64,000 nucleotides of DNA from the NCBI GenBank assembly GCA_945883905.1, contig CAMCYL010000001.1, positions 2,088 through 66,087 of the forward strand, written 5' to 3'. The DNA is from Akkermansia muciniphila (GTDB lineage Bacteria; Verrucomicrobiota; Verrucomicrobiia; Methylacidiphilales; CAMAQI01). Positions within the stretch are counted from its first letter, which is position 1. Each line of letters opens with the position of its first letter. The notes under the pieces are model-generated. The model was not told the origin of the DNA. It did no database searches and saw nothing but the letters and a program-made list of their open reading frames with translations. Made by a program: the position numbers and the translations under genes. Below are positions 56,279 to 64,000 of this stretch, in pieces.

Positions 56279-58981
56279 ATGGCCGTAGAATATAAATTGA
56301 CCCTCCAGCTTCCGAAAACCGATTTTCCAATGAAAGCGGATCTCCCGATTCGTGAGCCGAAACTACTTGAAAAGTGGAAAGCAGAAGATCTTTATCATCA
56401 GATCCTCGAACGACGTAAGAATGGGAAGCCCTTTATTCTTCATGACGGCCCTCCGTTTGCGAATGGGGATGCGCACATGGGTCATGCTTTGAATATGACC
56501 CTCAAGGATATGGTTCTTAAATCAAAGAACATGGCCGGTTATCGGGTTCCTTTTATTCCGGGATGGGACTGTCATGGACTGCCTATTGAGCATAAAGTGA
56601 TGAAGGAGCTTGGGGATTTGGCTAAAGATCCTGTGACGATTCGTCAAAACTGTGAAGCTTACGCTCGTAAGTATATTGAGATTCAGCGAAATCAATTTGA
56701 GCGACTCGGGGTTCTTGGAGAGTGGCAGAAGCCCTATCTAACGATGGATCCGAGTTATGAGGCGGATGTCCTTCGGACGCTGGCGACGATTGTTGAAAAG
56801 GGATGGATCTATCAAGCCCTTCGACCGGTGTATTGGAGTACCGGTTGTCAAACCGCTTTAGCCGAGGCCGAGATTGAATATTCTCCAAAGATGGATCTCT
56901 CGGTTTTCGCAAAATTTTCAGTCTTAGAATCCTCATTATCTAAGCTCGGAGTTTCGAGTTCCGTTTCAATTCTAATTTGGACGACGACTCCGTGGACTTT
57001 ACCGGCGAATCTCGGAGTTGCGGCAGGGGCCGGAATTGCATACGGACTTTATCAACAGAATGGGGAACATTTCTTGGCGGCGACGGCTTTAGCGGCCTCT
57101 CTTCCGGGATTTGCAGCAGGTGAACCGATCCAGGTTTTGAAGGGAATCGATCTTGAAGGGATTGAATATCAACATCCGTTTTTAAATCGTCAGGGAAAAG
57201 TTTATACCGCAGATTTTGTAACGACGGAGACCGGCACTGGATTTGTTCATATTGCTCCGGGGCATGGACGAGATGATTATCAGCTGGGTCAACGAGTCGG
57301 ACTTCAGACCCTTTCACCCGTCGATGATCGTGGTTGTTTGACTGAGGAGTGTGGGGTTGCAGATCTCGTCGGAAAATATGTCTTTAAGGCGAATCCAATG
57401 GTTCGTGATCTGCTGCGTAATGAAGGAAAACTTTGGGCAGAGCAGGAATTTTCTCACGATTATCCCCATTGTTGGCGCTCGAAGACGCCCATTATTTTTA
57501 GATCGGTTTCTCAATGGTTTATTGATGTGAATGGGTTTCGTGCGGAGGCATTGGATGAGATCAAGAACGTCACTTGGGTTCCGACTTGGGGAGAGAATCG
57601 AATTCGGGGGGCGGTCGAATCCCGTCCTGATTGGTGTATCTCTCGTCAACGGACTTGGGGCGTTCCATTGCCGGTTTTTTATGATGACCGTGGAACGGCG
57701 GTATTGACGGCCGGTCAGGTACGTCAAGTCGCGGATATCGTCGAGGAGAAGGGAACTGACTGGTGGTTTAAAACCGAGGCTGAGGAGATTGCAAAGACCT
57801 TGGGTTTACCTGCGGGGCTGCGTAAGGGATTAGATACCATTGATGTTTGGATTGATTCCGGGGCGAGTCATGCTGCCGTGGTGAAGCGTCGTCTGTCCTT
57901 TCCTGCCGATCTTTATCTTGAGGGAAGCGATCAGCATCGAGGATGGTTTCAATCCTCTTTATTGACCTCTGTTGCTGTCTGGGGAACTGCCCCGTATAAA
58001 CAGGTTCTGACCAACGGGTTTGTCGTGGATATGGATGGAAAGAAGTTATCGAAGTCGGATGCCTATAAAAAACCGACCGATCTCTTAAGTTTTGTCAATA
58101 AATTTGGAGCCGATATTTTGCGGCTTTGGGTATCGAGTCAGGACTATCGAGATGATGTTCCTTTTTCTGAGGAGATTTTCACACGAGTGACCGATTCTTA
58201 TCGAACCGTCCGAAATACCGTCCGAATTTTGCTCGGTAATCTCTCGGGATTTAATCCAGAAAAAGGGGTCGATCGTTCGGAGTGGTCGGAGATTGATCTT
58301 TATGTGGAGGCACAGTTACAAGATTTGATCCGGACGGTTCTTGGAGCCTATGAGTCATACGAGTTTCATGCCGTTTATCATGCGGTAATTCGCTTCTGTT
58401 CAGTTGATCTTTCCGCTTTTTATGTCGATGTCTTGAAGGATCGAATGTATTGCGATGCGGTGAGCGGTAAACGCCGCCTTGCGGCGCAGACGGTGATGTA
58501 TCGAGTATTGGAAAGTTTAGTAAGGATCATCGCTCCTATCATGCCTTATACGGCAGAGGAGACGTGGTTAATGATGGGAAAGAAAGAGTCGATTCATTTG
58601 CAGCTTTTTCCGGAAGCGGGAGAGGGAGCCGCTCACTATCGAGATCGTTGGGATCGATTGATCCAAGTACGTTCTTTAGTGAATGAGCATCTTGAGAAGG
58701 CGCGTCAGCAAAAACTGATTGGAAAGAGTTTGGAGGCGCAAGTGACTTTGAGAGGTTCAACGTTTCAGGAGAATGATCGAGAGCTCCTTCAAGAGATCTT
58801 TATCGTTTCTCAGGTGAGATTAGAATCGGCCCCCACCCTCTCTGTGGAGGTTTCTCCCGCTGGAGGATTGAAGTGTGTTCGTTGTTGGAAATTTGGTGAG
58901 GAGAATGGAAAGCATGCGGAGCATCCTGAGCTTTGTCCTCGATGTACAGAGGCGGTTTTGGCGTTAAACCCAGATTCTTAA
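56279..58981 (+). CDS. ileS: Isoleucine--tRNA ligase (type 1, zinc-finger C-terminus)
   Basis: HMGH (GDAHMGHALN), KLSKS, the CP1 editing domain, and a C-terminal CVRCWKF...CPRC. Confidence 0.95.
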   Translation: MAVEYKLTLQLPKTDFPMKADLPIREPKLLEKWKAEDLYHQILERRKNGKPFILHDGPPFANGDAHMGHALNMTLKDMVLKSKNMAGYRVPFIPGWDCHGLPIEHKVMKELGDLAKDPVTIRQNCEAYARKYIEIQRNQFERLGVLGEWQKPYLTMDPSYEADVLRTLATIVEKGWIYQALRPVYWSTGCQTALAEAEIEYSPKMDLSVFAKFSVLESSLSKLGVSSSVSILIWTTTPWTLPANLGVAAGAGIAYGLYQQNGEHFLAATALAASLPGFAAGEPIQVLKGIDLEGIEYQHPFLNRQGKVYTADFVTTETGTGFVHIAPGHGRDDYQLGQRVGLQTLSPVDDRGCLTEECGVADLVGKYVFKANPMVRDLLRNEGKLWAEQEFSHDYPHCWRSKTPIIFRSVSQWFIDVNGFRAEALDEIKNVTWVPTWGENRIRGAVESRPDWCISRQRTWGVPLPVFYDDRGTAVLTAGQVRQVADIVEEKGTDWWFKTEAEEIAKTLGLPAGLRKGLDTIDVWIDSGASHAAVVKRRLSFPADLYLEGSDQHRGWFQSSLLTSVAVWGTAPYKQVLTNGFVVDMDGKKLSKSDAYKKPTDLLSFVNKFGADILRLWVSSQDYRDDVPFSEEIFTRVTDSYRTVRNTVRILLGNLSGFNPEKGVDRSEWSEIDLYVEAQLQDLIRTVLGAYESYEFHAVYHAVIRFCSVDLSAFYVDVLKDRMYCDAVSGKRRLAAQTVMYRVLESLVRIIAPIMPYTAEETWLMMGKKESIHLQLFPEAGEGAAHYRDRWDRLIQVRSLVNEHLEKARQQKLIGKSLEAQVTLRGSTFQENDRELLQEIFIVSQVRLESAPTLSVEVSPAGGLKCVRCWKFGEENGKHAEHPELCPRCTEAVLALNPDS

Positions 58982-59114
58982 TTAGGAATTTAAAAAATGG
59001 AGCGCCGATCCGGCAGCTGCCGGAGCGGCATGGGTGAAGGGGGATGTTTTTTGTCTTTCCTTCCTCATCCTTCAAATCCACCCCTGATTCAGGCCGCTCG
59101 GTCCTCCGTTTACG

Positions 59115-59150
59115 CAAAAAACCCCGTGGCGAACCACGGGGTTTTAAAAA
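59115..59150. terminator. Bidirectional intrinsic terminator between ileS and rplS
   Basis: AAAAAA-CCCCGTGG-CGAA-CCACGGGG-TTTTAAAAA: a perfect 8-bp GC-rich stem, a tetraloop, and A/T tracts on both sides. Confidence 0.75.
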
Positions 59151-59172
59151 TGATAACAAAAGAGAGAGCGGT

Positions 59173-59544
59173 TTAGCTTTTCTTTTTGTTTTTGTCTGAT
59201 TTTTCTGCGTTGACCGATAAAGCCTCTTTGCCCTTACGACCGCGGAGATAATAGAGTTTAGCACGACGAACTTGACCGGCGCGATCCACGACCACTTTTT
59301 CAACGAGGGGGGAATTAATCGGGAAAACACGTTCAACCCCTTCACCGAAACTAATACGACGAACGGTAAAGTTTTCATTGAGTCCACGGCCTTTACGACC
59401 GATGACGACACCTGCATAAATTTGAGTACGTTCTTTTTCACCCTCTTTAACGCGGGTGTGAACTTTCACCGAGTCACCCACTTTAAAGGGGGACACTTTA
59501 CGGAATTGTTCCGCTTCAATCTTTTCTAGTAATTGCACATTCAT
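59173..59544 (-). CDS. rplS: 50S ribosomal protein L19 (Lys-rich C-terminal tail)
   Basis: MNVQLLEKIEAEQ...FKVGDSVKVHTRVKEGEKERTQIYAGVVIGRKGRG..ENFTVRRISFGEGVERVFP. Start placed at ATG 59544. Confidence 0.9.
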   Translation of the reverse strand: MNVQLLEKIEAEQFRKVSPFKVGDSVKVHTRVKEGEKERTQIYAGVVIGRKGRGLNENFTVRRISFGEGVERVFPINSPLVEKVVVDRAGQVRRAKLYYLRGRKGKEALSVNAEKSDKNKKKS

Positions 59545-59862
59545 TGACATAAGATACTCCTTCTTCACTACTTCGCTTCCGCTGTCATCTCGGCACCGGT
59601 TTCATACCCGAAATAGGGTTGTGTTTGATAGCATATGAATTGCAGACGTAAAGGGCTTTTTTTGCTTTGCTCCCCTTCAGGGGATACTTAATCCTATTTT
59701 CATAGGGAATTAAACGAAACTCTCCTCCGATTTAGAGGAGGTCGGAGATTCAGCAAAGATTAACTCATTTTTTCATTAGGAATTTTAAAATCGATTTCTA
59801 ATGCAGAATCTGCCTTAAGCAAAATGGCCCTGTTTTACTGTTTTTTTGAATTGGCAAGATGG

Positions 59863-60993
59863 TTACCATAGTTCCTGAGGACCCTTCGGAACTGGAATCG
59901 AAACTCTTTTACTGACTGCTGGCTCAGATTCTTCGGAAAGGGCCTCTCTAAAATTAAGAGCCATTTCCTCTGGACGATAGCGAGGTTGTAATTCACCGAA
60001 CTCATCGAGAAAGCGACTTCTCCACTCTCGATAGCTGGTGATAATTTCATCAAATTGTGTGCGTGAAGTAAGAAGGACAATTTTTTTATTAAAAAATGAG
60101 GAGGGACCAAATCTTTTCGAATACCAAGGACCGACCTTTCGGAAGAGTCGACAGCCATGCGTCTCTCCAAAAATTTCGACCATCCAATCGAGGTGACGTG
60201 TTAAGATTCGAATTCGTTCCTCAAAGGGGGGTTCAGGGGGACAGACTCCGCACTCCATAAAATCGATAATTTGTTTGAAAATCCAAGGATTGTAAAAGGC
60301 CCCTCGACCAATTCCGATCCCTGTACATCCGGTCTCTCTCCACATCATCGCTGCCGCCTGAGGGGTAGTTACATCTCCATTTCCAATGATCGGGATTGTT
60401 TTAACCGCCTCAACAACTCGACGAATTCCACGAAGATGAACAGAACCTTCAAAGCCCTGTTCTCTCGTTCTGCCATGAACGGTAATCGCCGTGACTCCTA
60501 CCTCTTCGAGCGCAATGGCAAGTTCGGGGGCGGTGATATTTTCTTCATCCCAGCCAAGTCGCATTTTGCAAGTGATCGGAATTTTTACGGCATTGACCAT
60601 TTGTCTGACGAGTGACGCCGTTTGAACACATTGAGTCATCATGGCGGAGCCGCCTCCGATTTTAACCACTTTTCGGACAGGACATCCCATATTGATATCG
60701 ATCGAATCAGCCCCGTGATCGGCGACGATTTTTGAGGCCTCCACCATTTCTGAAGCGACTGAGCCAAAGAGTTGAACGGCAAATGGTTTATCGAGAGGGT
60801 GGGATTCGATAAGCTTGATCGCTTTAGGATTTTTCTCAATGAGAGATCGGGCGTTGACAAGATCTGTTGTACAGAGTCCTACGCCGCCGATTTCGCGAAT
60901 GACCATTCGCATGGGAAGATTTGTATATCCTGCCAATGGGGAGAGCGTGAGGGGACTCGAAAGTGAGAGGGAGCCGAAGGCGAGCGTTTTCAT
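59863..60993 (-). CDS. tRNA-dihydrouridine synthase (DusB-like)
   Basis: LSPLAGYTNLPMR, IDINMGCPVRKV (catalytic Cys) and VHGRTREQ motifs. Confidence 0.85.
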   Translation of the reverse strand: MKTLAFGSLSLSSPLTLSPLAGYTNLPMRMVIREIGGVGLCTTDLVNARSLIEKNPKAIKLIESHPLDKPFAVQLFGSVASEMVEASKIVADHGADSIDINMGCPVRKVVKIGGGSAMMTQCVQTASLVRQMVNAVKIPITCKMRLGWDEENITAPELAIALEEVGVTAITVHGRTREQGFEGSVHLRGIRRVVEAVKTIPIIGNGDVTTPQAAAMMWRETGCTGIGIGRGAFYNPWIFKQIIDFMECGVCPPEPPFEERIRILTRHLDWMVEIFGETHGCRLFRKVGPWYSKRFGPSSFFNKKIVLLTSRTQFDEIITSYREWRSRFLDEFGELQPRYRPEEMALNFREALSEESEPAVSKRVSIPVPKGPQELW

Positions 60994-61020
60994 GAGTGAT
61001 TGAGGGTCGATCCCACAATT

Positions 61021-62535
61021 TTAATGGGGGGTAGAAAACAATTTACGAGCGATTCGAATTTGATTGCGGAGGGCTTTAAGATTTCTAAGAACCTCCGGAC
61101 TAAAGGAGAGACTTCCGATCTCTGCTTTGTCCCCATAAATGAGACCGATAATTTGGTCGTGATCTTTAATCGGCAGTAAAAAAACAGTTCCAGCAGACTC
61201 AATCGATTTGTACCAGAGAGGAAGATGTTGATAAATTTTGGTGTCGGTTAGGTTTTGAAGGAGAACATCATCAGAGCGAATAAGACAAGCAGAAAAGAGA
61301 TCTTTACCCTCTAAGTTAATTTTGAACTCCGATCGAAACTCAAAGGCATTTTGACCCAGTGCTTCATTCACACGAAAAAGAGGGTCATTTTCCGCGCGCA
61401 TCAATAGGACGCAGTTTCGAAGTCGTAAGGCCTCAAAGACCGTTCTCACGATTTTTTGAAAAATGGTCGCGGCGCTGGTTTTATCCGAGGTTAACATTTC
61501 AGTAATTTCTTGGAGCCCAAGGATAAAAGTGTCGGTGGTTGAGGGTGTTTTGTGATGGATGTATTGAAGGCTTGTTGTTCCTGATCCGTTATTCACACAA
61601 GTCATACGATCAATGAAGTCCGTGTGGAAAGGAGGTAAGTGATAGAGGGTTTGAAAGCTTTCAAGCTCTTGTTGAACGTTCTCTAATATTTCCATGATGG
61701 TTTTATAATCGATCTTCAGAACGGTTGAATAACTGGAGGCGAGACTTTTTATTTTTTCACCAACGATTTCAGGATTAATGTTTTTTGATTCTAAAATATC
61801 GCAAAGTGACATGGAAAAAGAGGAGGTGATTAAGGACATTCCGTCCGGATCTTTTAAAAGGGCCGGAATCGTATTTTCATGAAAGAGCTCCATACTTTTA
61901 AGAATCTTCGAGGAAAGATTCAAAGAGGAGGCGATATGATATCCTAATTCGATGGGGGTGAGACCAATTTTTTGGAAATAAAATTGTTCTTTTTCCTGAC
62001 TGGTAAGATCAAGGGGAATCGATCCTATTTCTTCAGAGAGAAAATTGGTAATCAGAAGTCTTCCGTAATATCGTAATGTTGAGCAAATTAAGGTTTCTTC
62101 GGATGATTCGACAGGATGTAATAGCTCGGTTTTTTGGGCAATTAAACCGCTAATTAAAGCAATCGATGAGACATTGCGTATTTCCTCGCTTCTGAGAGGA
62201 TCTTGAAGTGGAGCGAGAAAAAGCAGTGTGACCACGAGGCTCCTAATTTCAGAGAGACCGACTTGATGGATTGCTTCAGTGATTGTCTGAATTCGCTGTC
62301 CTGTATGATTGAAGTGGATCGTATTTGCGGCAATGATAATCTTAGAGGTTAATCCTAGATCTTTGGAGATCGCATCAACAAGCTCTTGAATTTGAGCGGT
62401 TTGATTTTTCGAGGAGAGATCTTGAATAATCTCAAGAATTTGACTTATCGCAGGAACGAACTCCGATGTTTTTAAGAGTTCAAGTATCTGATGGACTGTC
62501 TTTTGTCCTTGAGGAGTAAGTTTGGGGGCACTCAT
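61021..62535 (-). CDS. Signalling protein with an HDOD-like N-terminal half and a GAF-like C-terminus
   Basis: 504 aa. Helical HD-related pattern (IIAANTIHFN, LVVTLLFL, LISGLIAQK). The C-terminal LPIKDHDQIIGLIYGD is typical of a GAF end. By-eye assignment. Confidence 0.55.
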   Translation of the reverse strand: MSAPKLTPQGQKTVHQILELLKTSEFVPAISQILEIIQDLSSKNQTAQIQELVDAISKDLGLTSKIIIAANTIHFNHTGQRIQTITEAIHQVGLSEIRSLVVTLLFLAPLQDPLRSEEIRNVSSIALISGLIAQKTELLHPVESSEETLICSTLRYYGRLLITNFLSEEIGSIPLDLTSQEKEQFYFQKIGLTPIELGYHIASSLNLSSKILKSMELFHENTIPALLKDPDGMSLITSSFSMSLCDILESKNINPEIVGEKIKSLASSYSTVLKIDYKTIMEILENVQQELESFQTLYHLPPFHTDFIDRMTCVNNGSGTTSLQYIHHKTPSTTDTFILGLQEITEMLTSDKTSAATIFQKIVRTVFEALRLRNCVLLMRAENDPLFRVNEALGQNAFEFRSEFKINLEGKDLFSACLIRSDDVLLQNLTDTKIYQHLPLWYKSIESAGTVFLLPIKDHDQIIGLIYGDKAEIGSLSFSPEVLRNLKALRNQIRIARKLFSTPH

Positions 62536-62593
62536 AATGAGGGAATAGTTAGAGCTCTGATTATGTTGTTAAATTCATTTTAAAGCAAATTTG

Positions 62594-63484
62594 TTATTTC
62601 TGATGTGAGAATTGCTGTTCAATCCATTGTTGAGCGACATCATAGGGAGATTTGTGATCGATCTCGACGGCTGCATTCAGAGTACGCATCGTTGATTCTG
62701 AAATCTTTCCTGAGAGCCTTTGAAGAGCAGGTTTTAGAGAGGGATATTTATTTAAGGTCTCGATTCGGACCACAGGAGCGGCTTCATAGCGTGGAGAGAT
62801 CTGGAGGTCATCTTCAAGAGAGCGGTATTTTGTGAGATTAAGTTTCGCATCTGTGGAAAATCCTGAGATGAGATCTACTTTTTTACTTTCGAGTGCAGGA
62901 TAGAGAAGGCCGACATCAAGATTCACGACGGATTGAAATCGAAGCTGATAATATTTTTGAATGAGAGGAAACCCATCCGGTCGATTGGAAAACTCGGCGT
63001 TAAAACCAGCTTTTTGAAGGGAGATGAGGGGAGCGCATTCAGAGAGTTTTGAGGGAAGTGTGGAGTCCTTGCGAACAATAAGGACGTAGCCATTACTAAA
63101 GCCCAATGCAGGGAGCCATTGCGATTGGAATTGAGTTTGATACTGAAAATCGAGGTCCTCTTTCGAAAGTTTATGAGGCGATTTAAGAATGAGTTGTTCG
63201 GCGGTTCCGGAATATTCGATGTAGAGATCAATCTCTCCATGGAGGAGGGCCTCATGAATTAAGGGAGTACTTCCAAACCCCCATTTCTTTTCGATGGGAA
63301 TTTCAGGGGCGACTTTTTGAATCGCTTGGGCAATGATCTCTCCGAGAATAAGCTGTTCAGTAAAGTTTTTACATCCGATTCGGACTTTAGGAGAAGATTG
63401 ACGGCATCCAAGAAAGGGAATTCCTCCCAAAACTAAAAAGCCAATCAAGAGGAGTGCCGCTCTTATATTTAAGATTGTATTCAT
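62594..63484 (-). CDS. Osmoprotectant (glycine betaine/choline) ABC transporter substrate-binding lipoprotein
   Basis: Lipobox FLGC after MNTILNIRAALLLIGFLVLGG, then the OpuBC-type pattern (KNFTEQLILGEI, YIEYSGT). Start placed at ATG 63484. Confidence 0.8.
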   Translation of the reverse strand: MNTILNIRAALLLIGFLVLGGIPFLGCRQSSPKVRIGCKNFTEQLILGEIIAQAIQKVAPEIPIEKKWGFGSTPLIHEALLHGEIDLYIEYSGTAEQLILKSPHKLSKEDLDFQYQTQFQSQWLPALGFSNGYVLIVRKDSTLPSKLSECAPLISLQKAGFNAEFSNRPDGFPLIQKYYQLRFQSVVNLDVGLLYPALESKKVDLISGFSTDAKLNLTKYRSLEDDLQISPRYEAAPVVRIETLNKYPSLKPALQRLSGKISESTMRTLNAAVEIDHKSPYDVAQQWIEQQFSHQK

Positions 63485-63518
63485 TTGTTGATTGAAAATA
63501 AGTGATGCCTCGGAAAGA

Positions 63519-64000
63519 TTAATGTGAAGATTTTCCTTGTTTCCATAGAGTGGCACTTTTCTCTATTTTTGAAAAAATAAGATCGAACACAATTGCTAAA
63601 AATGCAATTGGAATTGCGCCGACCAATAGTAAAGAGGTATCTAAAAGTGCAATTCCTCTGGCGATATAATCTCCGAGGCCCCCTGCACCAATAAAGGTGG
63701 CTAAACTCGCCGTTCCAATTGTCCAAACGAATGAAGTTCGAATTCCCGAAATTATGAATGGTAATGATTGAGGAAATTGAACGCGAAAGAGAATTTGGCG
63801 CTTATTGAGTCCAAAGATTTGTGCGGCTTCGATGAGATACGGCGGGCATTCTTGAAGTGACGTGATTGAATTTCGAAGAATCGGAAGGATCGCATAAAGG
63901 GAGAGGACACAAAGGGCAGGAACGGTTCCAATTCCGAGCCAAGGGATGAGGAAGGCAAAGAGAGCTAAACTCGGAATGGTTTGGAAGAGATTCATGAAGG
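63519..64000 (-). CDS. ABC transporter permease (OpuBB-like), 5' end outside the window
   Basis: The reading frame is open to the window edge. It carries the BPD-transporter EAA-like loop IEAAQIFGLNKRQILFRVQFPQSLP. Confidence 0.8.
   Translation of the reverse strand, partial: FMNLFQTIPSLALFAFLIPWLGIGTVPALCVLSLYAILPILRNSITSLQECPPYLIEAAQIFGLNKRQILFRVQFPQSLPFIISGIRTSFVWTIGTASLATFIGAGGLGDYIARGIALLDTSLLLVGAIPIAFLAIVFDLIFSKIEKSATLWKQGKSSH

Noticed and set aside
58996-59172. 58-codon ORF starting at the shared ATGGAGCGCCGA motif (MERRSGSCRSG...)
   Set aside because: It runs straight through the GC palindrome and the strong bidirectional terminator. The other copy of the motif opens only a 6-codon frame, so the motif is not a conserved start.
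1-64000. CRISPR arrays, rRNA/tRNA genes, intact IS elements or prophage genes
   Set aside because: Reading all intergenic gaps longer than 60 nt showed no regularly spaced direct repeats, no cloverleaf-like sequences ending near CCA with a GTTCGAATC-type T-arm, and no transposase-like ORFs. This is a by-eye negative only. tRNAscan-SE, Infernal and ISfinder searches would be decisive.

Overview
This is a 64-kb stretch of a moderately low-GC bacterial chromosome (about 45% by eye). It is densely coding on both strands, with about 65 CDS, and many genes are joined by ATGA or TAATG start/stop overlaps. All calls come from reading the ORF translations for family motifs and the DNA by eye; no database search was run. 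Gene content is mostly housekeeping:
- Metabolism: gcvT, galM, trpC, hisG, guaA, pyrD, ispE, cysE plus a cysteine desulfurase.
- Translation and RNA modification: prfB, ileS, rplS, rsmI.
- A regulatory phosphotransferase system (PTS) core, hprK-ptsH-ptsI.
- LPS-core-type glycosyltransferases with gmhA.
- A umuDC pair, an opu-type ABC system, and several regulators.

I saw no rRNA, tRNA, CRISPR array or intact IS.

The most interesting locus is 19.7-23.4 kb. It encodes an ECF sigma factor, a membrane anti-sigma candidate, and a 94-aa Sec-signal peptide with three C-x5-C Lys-rich repeats. These are followed by a DUF692 (MNIO) enzyme and a DUF2063 partner. This is the architecture of the methanobactin / HvfA / bufferin-type peptide-metallophore systems, but with a divergent substrate. 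The same GGAATAAA-N-TGTCTC promoter-like motif sits in front of both the sigma gene and the peptide gene.

Other notable points:
- Two copies of a composite palindromic repeat (29.8-30.2 kb and 54.25-54.5 kb) have co-linear outer arms but an inverted, inverted-repeat-bounded core.
- prfB carries the classical +1 frameshift.
- An unlisted 34-aa bS22-like basic ORF lies at 13251-13355.
- A Ser/Thr kinase is translationally coupled to two uncharacterised proteins.
- A 20-nt exact duplication brackets the umuD 5' region.
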